Shown piece after piece: positions 29,780 to 41,970 of a stretch of DNA of 64,000 nt. The translations under genes were made by a program, and so were the position numbers. Source of the DNA: Octopus vulgaris (lineage: Eukaryota); contig OX597815.1 of NCBI GenBank assembly GCA_951406725.2, positions 132,122,001 to 132,186,000 on the forward strand, given 5' to 3'. The notes below the pieces were generated by a model. It saw nothing but the letters and a program-made list of their open reading frames with translations, made no database searches and had not been told where the DNA came from. How positions within the stretch are numbered: the first letter of the stretch is position 1; each line of letters starts with the position of its first letter.

Positions 29780-31115
29780 GAGAATGAACAAAACTTGTAG
29801 ATTTCAGCGGTAGAGCCTCTTATCCCCAGCAAGAGGCTTTCCACTTCACTGAAGAAGAATTCAGAAATATGAGTGAAAAGATAAGCAATTGGAAAGCAGC
29901 AGGACCTGAATTTCTGTATTCCCCATAAATTGATCGCAGAGCAATTTAATGCATTGATCAATGAAGAAGATGAAAGCTCTGGCTGGGTGACAAAAGGACG
30001 AACGGTGTTGTGTCTGAAGGATGCATCAAAGGAAAATGTTGTAGATCAACAGGATGGACGATAGCAAAGCCTATGATATGATTCCACATTCGCAGATCAT
30101 TGAGTGCTTAGATCCGTTTGGAATTGCGATGAATGCAACATGTTTCCTGAAGAGAGTTATGGTGGGATGAAAAACTGAACTGACATCTTACGGAAATAGC
30201 TTGGACACCCTAGGTATCAGCAGAGGGATTTTCCAGGGTGACAGCATATCGCCGTTGCTTTGCATTCATTGCATGATAGCACTGATCTTGATACTGAGGA
30301 AAATAAACCTGGAGTACCAACTAAAGGAAAAACACCGAACAATCAACCACCTCCTTTTCATGGATGATTTGAAACTGTATGGCAAATATGAAACACATGT
30401 GTGTTCCTTGGTGAATGGAATTTGGACTCAAGAAGTGCTGAGTAATCTACCAAAAAAAGAGGCAAGGTAGAGTCCCTAGCAGTGATAGAATTACCGAATA
30501 GTGACTTGATTAAGCAAATTGAAACGGAAGTATACGAACATCTTGGTGTACTAGAGTGCAGCGAGATAATGGAAAAGGAAAAGAAAGAGCAACTGAAGAT
30601 GGGATTTTTCCGAAGACTGAGGCTGTTGCTGCGCTCAAAATCCAAGCAGTTAATATGTGGGCGATAGCAACACTTCGGTATGGAACGGGAATTATAAAAT
30701 GGCAAAAGAGAGAAATGAAGAAAATGAATACCACGATAAAAAAAAAAATGTTGACAGTACATGGAGCATTCCACCCTAAGAGTGACACCGATAGACTGTA
30801 CTTGTCCAGTTAAAAGGGTGGGAGTGGTTTGATTAGTTGCCAGGACTGTATCGAGGTAGAGTGAAACAGACTAGGATGGTATATAAAACATGCCGTGGAG
30901 CTACTGTGGAAACACATGAAGAAGGCTGACATCATCAGCACTGAAAATTGTGTAACGAAAGAAAAATTTAAACAATAAATGAGCAAAAAAAGAAAACAAT
31001 CATGGAATGAAAAAATGTACGGTCAGTTTGCAAAAAATATGAACACCAAGACAGATACATAGGACCGGTGGCTATGGATGAGGAGGAATAACCTGAAGAT
31101 AGAGACAGAACCACA
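29780..31115 (+). mobile_element. Decayed R4/Dong-like LINE RT fragment
   Basis: NWKAAGP, KAYDMIPHS, RGIFQGDSISPLL, NHLLFMDDLKLYG, HPKSDTDRLY. Confidence 0.85.
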
Positions 31116-31119
31116 CATA

Positions 31120-31262
31120 TGCGCCGAGGTCGACTTTGCTTTTCATCCTTTCGTGGTCGATTAAAAAGTACCAATTACGCACTGGGGTCGATCTAATCGA
31201 CTTAATCCATTCGTCTGTCCTTGTTTGTTCCCTCTATGTTTAGCCCCTTGTGGATATTAAAT
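31120..31262 (+). mobile_element. SINE family A, 3' part
   Basis: CGCCGAGGTCGACTTTGC.TTTCATCCTTTCG.GGTCGA... Confidence 0.8.
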
Positions 31263-31269
31263 GAATAAT

Positions 31270-32925
31270 TATCTTAAAGGATTTTAGACAAAAATCATTC
31301 CTCTTCATCGAAATGATTGTCTCAATCGATATTAATGTATGTCAAGACCTACCTAAAACTGAGGAAATATAAAAATATTGAAATAGTAATTGACAAAATG
31401 TGGAACCTCAATATTAAAACAATATCTGTTGTCTTAGGTGTCCTAGGAATGCTAGCATAAGTTGCTGATTGCCACCTAACTCAGATACCGGAAAATCCCA
31501 AAACGGAATAAGGGTAACTGCCTATATCCTACGTAAAATATTGTCTATGTAATCCCCAAAATATTTTAATCCGTAAATGTGTCAAAATACTTTTAAATGC
31601 ACATAACAACGAACACCTTTTACTATCACCCAGACCTTAACATCTTATAATCAAATTACTTTTAAAACAAACTTCTAATTTACTTATGTTTTGACAGACA
31701 TTCTTTAGCGCAATATTCTGTGCAAAACTGGATATATGACATAACATTAACTTGAACTTCTAACTTATTGTCTCTTGAGGTCTCTGGCTAAGACTTGGAG
31801 CTGACCTCTACATATACAAAGCAAAAGCCAAACATATAATAATAATATTCGTAGACTAATTGATGTAAGTATTCCCACTGATAAAAATATATCTGTAAAA
31901 GAATTTGACAAATTAAGTAAATATAAGAATCTGGAAATTGAAATACAAAAGATGTGGCATCTTAAACTGAGAATTGTTCCTGTCATTGTTGGTGCTCTAA
32001 ATATATGAAAGGGATGTCAGAAACGCCTAGATAATATCCTAGGAAAACCATGTCTCAGAGAAATCCAAATAATTGTCATGACAAGTACTGTCAATTTTAA
32101 TTTAATTTTTTTTGGTATTACATGGAGATACTTCGCTATTGCCCCTGGCCCTACCACATCCCACCAAGCTTTCAGTCACACTTCTTATCCTTCACTAAAC
32201 CTAACATCAATGGCGTTCCAACCGTGTCCAATTCGTGTCCCATTTCCTCACCCAGTGCTACAATTATAATCACTAAACTCACCAATCTCATCATCATCAT
32301 CATCCACATTTGTATAGCTTAAATCACTCAGCTTTAATCTCCAACATTACATTAACTACGACAACCTTCTACGTAACGTATACACCACCAAACAGCATCA
32401 CCGCGACACCACAAATTTCGCAGAATAATAATATCAATAACTGAGAACAGAAACAATTCCTGTCATAGTAGGCGCATTAGGTGTGATGGAAAAAAAACTT
32501 TCAGACAAATACATAACCACAAAAACGTGGACTAACAAGTATATATAACATACAGAAAATAGTACTGCTAGACACTGCACACATACTACATAAACACTTT
32601 CAATACAGTGAAAATAAGTGCACCACAACAAACCACAGCACATACCCTAGGCACACAGTGATTTGCTCGGTATTGCAGTGAAAGCACGTGATAAAACAAG
32701 CCTACTGTATAATAATAATAATAATAATAATTATTATTATTATTATTATTATTATTATTTTTTTTTTTTTTTTTTTTTAGACATTCACTAGTACAACACT
32801 AAATACAAAACCAAATATATGGCACACTAGGCATAACAACAACATGAACTTCCAACCTGTTGTCTCTTGAAGTCTCTGGGTGAGACTTGGAGCCAAATTG
32901 TACAAATATAAACCAAAAGTCAAAC

Positions 32926-33000
<75 letters not shown>

Positions 33001-33016
33001 CAACAATAATAATAAT
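31270..33016 (+). mobile_element. Several short R4/Dong-like 3' end fragments separated by (TAA)n
   Basis: Repeated K..KYK.LEIEI.KMW.L....PV..GAL remnants (31355-31450, 31855-32000, 32440-32600); shared 3' UTR TCTCTTGA.GTCTCTGG..AGACTTGGAGC...CAAACATATAATAAT at 31770 and 32862. Confidence 0.75.
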
Positions 33017-33432
33017 AACAAATTGCTGTCTCCGCCAACACCAACTCATCTTCGTCCTTGTCAAAATGTTCCTAGAATTCCCCATTCTTTACATCTATTA
33101 ATTCGCTACGGTAGAACGATGACATAAGCATATCGAGATATATATTAATATAAAGGTTATTAATAATTGCGAAAGAGTTAAAAGGAGTTATTTGTAGGTG
33201 GGGTCTTTGTTTCTTTTCTTCTTTCATAGTTTCGGTGGGCGGACGTGGCTATGTGTGTGTGTGTGTGGGGGGTGTATGTGTTTCCTTTATTCCGCTTTCC
33301 TTCAGGTCTTGTATAATTTGGTAGGGAGTGGGCTAATTGGAATCACACAGCCACTCATATATACACGAAATAAATACACGCACAAAATAACAGTTTATTA
33401 TGCGTAAAAGCGGTGGTGATACAGCAGGGAAG

Positions 33433-33470
<38 letters not shown>

Positions 33471-33536
33471 GTGTGTGTATGTGTGTATGTGTCTGTGTGC
33501 GCGCGTGTGTGTGTATGTACGTATAGCGTTATACTA

Positions 33537-33593
<57 letters not shown>

Positions 33594-33610
33594 CTTATAT
33601 ATATGAACAC

Positions 33611-33653
<43 letters not shown>

Positions 33654-33664
33654 TAGAGAGATAG

Positions 33665-33722
<58 letters not shown>

Positions 33723-33912
33723 GTAGAGCATGCAGATACATATGTGCATGCACACAGATCACAGGTATACACACTCACTTTTATGTACACGCACAATTTT
33801 ATATATGCATGCACGTCCGCATGGACACACACATGCATACGTGATATTGTACACAGTAAAAAGATATATACTAGCATATAAGTGAGACATGCGTGCACAG
33901 ACACAGACATCG

Positions 33913-34357
33913 CGCCGCCGGGACCGCTTTATTATTTGTATGATGCAGAAATTGTTTCGACAGTATTGCCGAAATGATAACGGTATCACTTTTAAAATCC
34001 ACCCATGGCTTGATACCCGTGCCATTGCGTCCTCTACAGAAATCATGCACTCAGCACATCACAACACTAAGACAGAACTACTTCTCCTCAACTGGACCTG
34101 CTCTTTTTAACATCATTCCAAAACATATAAAGAAGGAAAAAGATTTCATAACCTTCGAAAGGTTCCTGGATGAATATCTCCAACAAATTCCAGCTAAACC
34201 AACTACACCCGGATATACTGATGCAAACAACTCTTTAATCGAATGGCCAATGGTGTCTAAAAGTAACTATACAAAAATACATTACTAAATGTAATGTTCA
34301 CGTGGTGCTATTAAGTTAACTATGGCCTGGGCCAATGTGGCCGAAACCTGTCTAAGT
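33913..34357 (+). mobile_element. CR1-group LINE 3' fragment related to 505-1223
   Basis: [13 protein letters not shown]..., GPALFNIIPKHIK; same 3' tail GTGGTGCTATTAAGTTA...GGCCTGGGCCAATGTGGCCGAAACC; followed by TA repeats. Confidence 0.8.
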
Positions 34358-34538
34358 ATATATATATAAATTTATATAAATAAGGATAAGATCGTTATTT
34401 AAATATCGATCTTACCAGGTAGCCAGCATGGGAATAAAAATCTTCAAAGGCAATAATTATTATTAAAATTATAATTTAAGGTATCTAAGAGATATCACCA
34501 CGCTGGAAATAGCAGCCAAAACTTGACTCTAAAACCAC

Positions 34539-34616
<78 letters not shown>

Positions 34617-35971
34617 GCACGATTATATAATAACACATATAACCGCCTTTATACACACGCGCATTCATAAATATATGCAAACAGAGGTCGGGGTAAGTGA
34701 AAAAGGATAGAAGCCTGATAGATACTTAATATTATACACAATAAGTATCCATCAACAAGCATATATTTGCGAAAATACACACACACGCACATGCACACAC
34801 ACATATGCAGATATGAGTGTGTATTTTTCTGCGTGCTTCCCTGCCCGTTATTTACTTATGTACTGATACATGAACACACTTATGAGCGTGTTTATCAGCG
34901 TGCGTACGTATACATATACACACGCTGAAGCCAACTCTGTGCTGAACAAGCGTGAGGAGTAACGCCACCCTCACCTCTTGTCAGAACATCATACGCTGGA
35001 CAGGATTAGTGATGGTTCCTTAGCTGTAGTGGGATAAACCTAGGTGCACTGCCCCGCTTCCATGAGGATTAAATTAGGCAGTTATACGCTAAGAAAACAG
35101 TAGTAGAGAAAAATATGTTAAGCCCCTGTATTAAAGATATGGAAACAGTTTTGCGTGAGTCTATGTCTGACAGAGAGAATATAGTGATAATGAGAAATAC
35201 TTATCCTCGAAGCGTCTCATCTGCTGGCGCTATCCCTCCTTTTCGCTCTTTTCCTTATCTCGCTCTCTCTTCCTCTACCTTCTCTACTGCAACTCTAATA
35301 AGTTTTCCTGAGATGATCCATTTTGTGCCGCTTCCAATAAAACATTCCATTCCTATTCCTCTTTCCTCTTGCTATAGTCCATTTTGTGTCTACCACTTCC
35401 TTATTTTCCGAACGCACCACTATGTGTAGTTCTTCATGTCCACACTGTCAACCTAATGGAATTTCTTCCCTTCTCATATCTTCCCTGCAAGTGTAGACTT
35501 GCAAGTGTTTAACGAGAACGTATCCCACCCATCCAAGCAATCTCAGCAGTATAGATAACCCTACAAGTGCTACGCACACGGCCCTTTCCTATGGGCATAG
35601 CTAGCAAAGTTATGTAATTCCTTTGCACACCAATTTTGACAATACGTAAAGAAGCGTGAATACTTTTGGGACCAATCAAACAATTCTCCGTTTTAGATTT
35701 GTTTCACAAACAAGATTACATTACAAATATTTCTAAGCCAATAGTGACTTAGCAGTTGCTATGTAAGCGATGTTACTAAGGACTGCTTAATGCATGGTTT
35801 ATAGCGAATAGTTGCCTAACATGTTCAATAGTTGAGAACTACAGTTTTTTCGGTCTTCTTCGTCGTACAAGTCGATAAAACCCAAAATAGGAATGATCAG
35901 TCGACGTAAGTGTGAACATGTTATCAGTCGTTACTGCAATTTTACCTTAGTTTTGCTAATCGTATAGCGAA

Positions 35972-36260
35972 GGCCTGTAACCGAGTGGTTACAGCATTCG
36001 GCTCAAGGTTGTGAGGATGTGAGTTCGATAGCTGGAGGCATGTTGTGTTCTTGAGCAAGGCACTTTATTTGACGTTGTTCCAGTCAACTGAGCTTTCAAA
36101 AGTAAGTTGTACCTGCATTTCAAATGGCCATCCTTGTTACATTCTCTATCACACTGAATGCTGATTTTCCCTGAGAACCACGTTATAGTAGCACGTGTCT
36201 GTGGAGTACTCAGCCACTTCTACGTTAATTTCATGACCAGACTACCCCGTGGATTCAACC
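35972..36260 (+). mobile_element. tRNA-derived SINE (family C) with CORE-like segment
   Basis: A-box-like TAACCGAGTGG, B-box-like GAGTTCGATAG, then GTGTTCTTGAGCAAGGCACTTTA. Confidence 0.65.
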
Positions 36261-38633
36261 GCAACCGATAGAATACCGGAATTTCTTTCTTGTTAATCAT
36301 CAATAAACTTACATAGGAGTATACCAATTATGAAATATCACCCCTAATACCGCTTTAACAGCCCACCTTAGCAATGACCAATGCAGCGAGAATACTACTC
36401 TAATTAGTAAAGAACATCATAAGCTTATACAGTGGATAACTGTGAGCTCGACGCCATTACCATCATCCATCACCCTTCACAGTTGCAGTTTTCGCACTGC
36501 AGAATTCTAAACGCATTTGGTTTTTATCGTGAATGTGTAATATCCAAGATTATAAAATATTCCCTCGGGCTCCTTCGATGTATATTCACATACAATTTCA
36601 CTTGTACATCTTCGCGTCTAATGCATGGTATGCTATTTCTTATACCCGTACAATTTCACTTGCACAGACGAAGAAATATATTTTTTTCTTTTCTTCCTTT
36701 CTCTTTTCAGTTTCTTTGTCGATTCAGGACTAACTTCACGAACCCACAAATTGCCGTCAGTTTGTGTAAGGCTAAGTCCATCTCAGTTATGTGTGCCATT
36801 CCCTTGTTTTATGTGTTGATATTGAAAATGAAGCCAACATCATATATACGTTTTATTGCGCTCGATCATAGCTTGTCACAGCTAAATTAATTTATCGAAC
36901 AATAGAGAGTATATTTCCCCGTCTTGTGATTGTAATAGAATGGAATATTTTTATCTGTCATCTCGCATTTTCATTATTTTGTACTGGATTATATTTCTTT
37001 TCAAATGTATGCTCTAATACAATGGTTTGTCTAGTTTGAATAATAGAAAGACAGAAGATATTTTTAAAAAAAGAGTAAGTAAGGAAGGAGTCTGACAGAG
37101 AATGTGTATGAATATATGATATAATTGATTGTATTGCTTCATCTTTTATCGTAATAGCGGTTGATATAAAATCAGATTGAAAGAGACACAGTGGGAGGAA
37201 AAGAAGTGGGTAAAGAGAGATAAATTAATGTAAGAGACGAAAACAGAATATGAGAGAAATATATTTTTAAAAAAAAGAGTGTACGTATAATGTGTCTGCG
37301 TGTGCTTCTATATAAGTACATATCTCTAAGCAACTGAGCGAATCTATAAAACTGCGTGAAGGTGGAAACAGAAATGGCGGCAGGCAGATATCTTTTCGGC
37401 TTTCATTGCAATTCGATCTGGTTTCAGGTTCTAATCAAGGGCTGGCCTCTTGGTAAAAATATTAGAGCACTAAAACAAATTCTCTTTTTGCACCTTCCTG
37501 CATCCAAAGAAGTGGGGCATTTTATCACTGAAAGAATGGAAGCAATTATCTTCTTCCACATTATCGACACACACAAGTAGACAGTAGCCAGTCCTTCAGG
37601 AGAAACATTTATTGCGTTGTCTTTGTTTAGTAATTTGATTATCATTTTCATAATCAACCCTACTAACACCATCAATGATCTTCTTTACTTTATCCTCCTC
37701 CCCACCATCATCATCATTCTTCTCGTTGTCCGCCTTCTCATTTACATCTTTCTTATCCTTCACAACCTCTTCATCATTATCTCGTTCTCGTAATCCGCAT
37801 CCTCATTGTCACCATCGTCACCATTACCATCGATGTTGCAATCGTCGTCCTTCTCCTTTCCATCATCAACCTCAAAGTCGTCGTCGTCGTCGTCACCAGC
37901 ATCATCATCGTCACTATGACCCTGTCAACACATCCATATCACTAACAGAAATTTCAAATTAGCTGAAGGTAGTTGATACTGACAGCTACCAGGAGAATAT
38001 TATTTATTAATCGTGATTTAAATGTGGAGGAGAAACTTTTTAAAAATTCCAGTCGTCCGTCTCGACATGACGAAGAATCATTTGAACGCAATATATGTCA
38101 TCATTAGGTATTCATCGTGAAAGATAACCTATTCAATAACCTAGTCTTTTCCTATCAAATTTGTAAAAAAAATACTCCACTGATATAGATATTTTTTTTT
38201 TAAATTTGAATAATGGAAAATGAGTAAGTACAACTTGGGTTAAAGGTGTGTAGGTATTATGTTAGTAAATCTAAGTACATTTCACATGTGATATCATTTA
38301 AATCCAGCAAAAGTCGTTGTCTTGTACATTGTACTATTTTGTAATTCAGTGTTTATAGTTAAAGCCTTGTTGAGATATTAAAGTACAGCTTTGCGTCGAT
38401 GTCTGGAATAATATATTGTCGGCGTCTAATGTTTAATAATAGGTTTTAATGATAGTATATATTATCATTTCATGACGACATTTCAGGGCACACGGTATCT
38501 GATTAATGATGCATTTCACACTCCAGAAGCTATCAACAAATGTATTAATCTCTTGCATTTATCATACTCTTGCGTAGGCCAGTACACCTACTCAGTGATG
38601 TAGCATAGCGGGATGACACCAGGCTACTTTAAA

Positions 38634-40165
38634 GGCGGCAAGCTGGCAGCACGCTGGGCAAAATGCTTGGCAGCATTTCGTTCTGCGTTCAAATTCCGCA
38701 GAGGTCGACTTTGCCTCTCATCCTTTCGGGGTCGGTAAAATAAGTACCAGTTGAGTTGAATGCGATCGACTTACCCATTCCCTGAAATTACTAACCTTGT
38801 GCCAAAATTAGTTATAGACTATAAGAAGGCGGCGAGCTGGTACAGCCGTTTTCAGGCTGGAAGAAATGCTTAGCGGCATTCCGTCCGTCGTTACGTTCTG
38901 AGTTTATATTCCACCAGGGTCAACTTGACTTTCCATCCTTTCGAGGTCGATGAAATAAGTACCTGTTGATCACTGGGTTCGGTGTAATCGAAATTACTGC
39001 CTGTGGGCTACAATTCGAAATAAGCAATTATAGACTATATAAAACTGCATTAGCGGGCAAAAATCTTATCTACTGTAGGCACAAGGCCCGAAATTTTGGG
39101 GGATGGGGCCAGTCGATTAGATCGACCCCAGTGCGCAAATGGTACTTAATTTATAGACACCGGAAGGATGAAAGGCAAAGTCGATCTCGGCGGCGGAATT
39201 TGAACTCAGAACGTAAAGATAGACGAACTACCTATTTCTTTACTACCCACAAGGGGCTAAACACAGAGGAGACAAACAAGGACATACAGACGGATTAAGT
39301 TGAGTGTACCGACCCCAGTGCGTAACTGGTACTTAATTTATCGACCCCGAAAGGATGAAAGGCAAAGTCGACCTCGGCGGAATTTGATCTCAGAACGTAA
39401 CGGCAGACGAAATACGTATTTCTTTACTACCCACAAGGGCTAAACACAGAGGGGACAAACAAGGACAGACAAACGGATTAAGTCGATTATATCGAACCCA
39501 GTACGTAACTGGTACTTAATTTATCGACCCCGAAAGGATGAAAGGCAAAGTCGACCTCGGTGGAATTTGAACTCAGAACGTAGCGGCAGACGAAATACGG
39601 CTACGCATTTCGCCAGGCGTGCTAATGTTTCTGCCAGCTCGTCACCTTAATTCACGGGCGAAAATCATAAAGAAAATGAAGCTGTGGATTCATGAGTAAA
39701 ACCATACATTTGGTAAGAATACGAAACAAAACGAAAGAATTTATGATTGATTATTATTAGAACATACCACAGAGCGAAGATCGGGCAGAATTGTTAGCAC
39801 GCCGGACAGCATGCCTCGCGCATTTCATCTGCTTTTAAGTTATGTGTCTCGAATTCAGCCGAATCGACTTTGCTTTTCATCCTTTCGAGTTCGAGGAAAT
39901 AAGTATCAGTTGAGAAGTGGGTTTGAACTCATCGATTTGCCCATCTCCAAAATTTCAGTAGTAAAAAGGAGTACTAGAACATATCATTAGGCAGGTTTAG
40001 AAGAGCATCGGACAAAATACATAGTGCTATTTCTTCCGACTGTTTACGTTCTGAGTTCAAACCTTTCTGAGGTCAACTTTGCGATCATAAAATAAAGTAT
40101 TCATAAAGTACCAACCAAGTATCTCTCCTTCCATTAAAATGACTGGCCTTGTACTACAATTTAAA
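38634..40165. mobile_element. Cluster of family A SINEs (38634-38810 +, 38828-39015 +, 39068-39648 - with internal triplication, 39775-39960 +, 39990-40165 +)
   Basis: Repeated GGCGGCGAGCTGGCAG...GTTCAAATTCCGCCGAGGTCGACTTTGCCTTTCATCCTTTCGGGGTCG motif. Confidence 0.85.
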
Positions 40166-41762
40166 ACAATAATTAGAGCATGTGTTCATCATTGAAATAA
40201 TCAGACACTTTTTTCGATTTTGTATCACACAAATCGGTTGGTATGTACTTATCGTTCATTGCTTACACAATATTATGTTATGACTGCATTAAAAGCGGTA
40301 TTTAAAAGTGAAGCAATCGTTGAGCAGAAATATTTGTAGTTTTCATCAGAATTATCTCGTGTCTTTGATACAGGTGATCCGAGATAAATGACTTGTTGAG
40401 ATTGTATCACGCTGCCCCGATATTGATTTAATTAAAATTCGGTGTTACGAGTGTATTCTAATGACTAACACATTTTCAATTAATGCATCGATTTTTTTCG
40501 CTTCTTTGTTTGGTTGTTTTTTATTTTGTATTTTGTATTTTTTTTTTGGTGGGGATGTTTTTGTGCTAGCTAAATATATTTGTTAATGCATTGGATACCT
40601 GATCAGGAAGTGATTTTATCAATGTCAAATAATTAAAATCCAAATGACATGAACTTTCTTTCGTGGAATGACGCACAAATTTAGACATTATGCTATAAGG
40701 TGACTGAGTGTTTAAAGTTCAAGAAGCCATTGAGTTAATATTCATAAAAGCAAACGGGAGGTCTTCGTTCTATTCTTTTATAATCTTTTGTTTAAATTAA
40801 AGTTAACCGAGTTGTTGCCATATCATGCTATTGTAACATTCATTCCGTTCGTTTGATGAATGATAGTGAGTAGGCGTTCAAACTTTATGAATAACCTATC
40901 TTCTTCAGAATTCCCCAAATTGTGTGCTTTTAAATTAAAATCCTCAACCATTCTTTGAAAGCTTGTAGCATTGAATAAAATGAATAAGATGCACTGAAAA
41001 ATAGCAGGAAAAGTCACTTTTCTTAAGGTAGTACATCGGTTAAAGCGTTCCCCAGTTTATTACTTATCATAATCTTTAACTTTAAACATTCAACATCCAG
41101 TCAAAAATATATCATGTATTTTATTTAAGACAAAGGGATGGCGGTATAATATGGCTCCATACTAACTTGTGACCTTTCACCGACTTGGGTTACCTTCTGT
41201 AGCCCTACCTATCTCCAGTTTATATAACCTCGAGAGACAATATTCTTACCGTTTATCGCCAGTTAGGGAGGAATCCAGTTCAATGTAGCTAATAAATTCA
41301 GAATCAATTTTACTTTGCAACTGCTGCCTCTATAAATGATAGTGAAATGCCTGCCCAATCATACACTACGTTCTTTAAAAGAAGGAAATGCTCATTGGAT
41401 GGTGCAGTGTTAGATATTATGTATCGGGTTTTGGAATGATCTCGGGTAGAACGACTGTCATTGTAAGTATGCTTAGTCAGAGCTGCTTTGGGGCTAAATT
41501 ACAACAACAACTGCAATAATATCGATAGATGTGCTGAGGTAGCAACCTTGTACAACCTAGATTCGCTTTCAAAACACATTCTACTGTCTTAAAAATCTAA
41601 TGGAAGAACAAATAATGCAAGCCGAGATACACTAAGTATACAAAGAGAAACATTGAAAAGTTTTTTCTTCTTTGTTTGGTTCTAAAAAAATACAAACCAC
41701 AAACTTCTTAGGTTCAGCTATAGTCGGTTATTGCGTGTTAAGTTCGTTGACCTCGATAATAT

Positions 41763-41970
41763 TATTTTCTACTCTAGGCACAAGGCCCGAAAAATTAAGA
41801 GGGTGCGGTCAATTAGATGGACCCCAGTACGCAACTGGTACTTAATTTATCGACCCCGAAAGCATGAAAGGCAAAGTCGACCTCGGTGGAATTTGAACTC
41901 AGAACTCAGACAGCCGAAATACCTCTAAGCATTTCGCCCGACGTGCTAACGTTTCTGCCAGCTCGCCGCC
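41763..41970 (-). mobile_element. SINE family A, full length
   Basis: Near match to the reverse complement of 53303-53519. Confidence 0.9.

Noticed and set aside
37424-37962. Possible host exon(s), including the D/E- or H/R-rich stretch
   Set aside because: Decayed trinucleotide low complexity; no consistent frame with splice sites.
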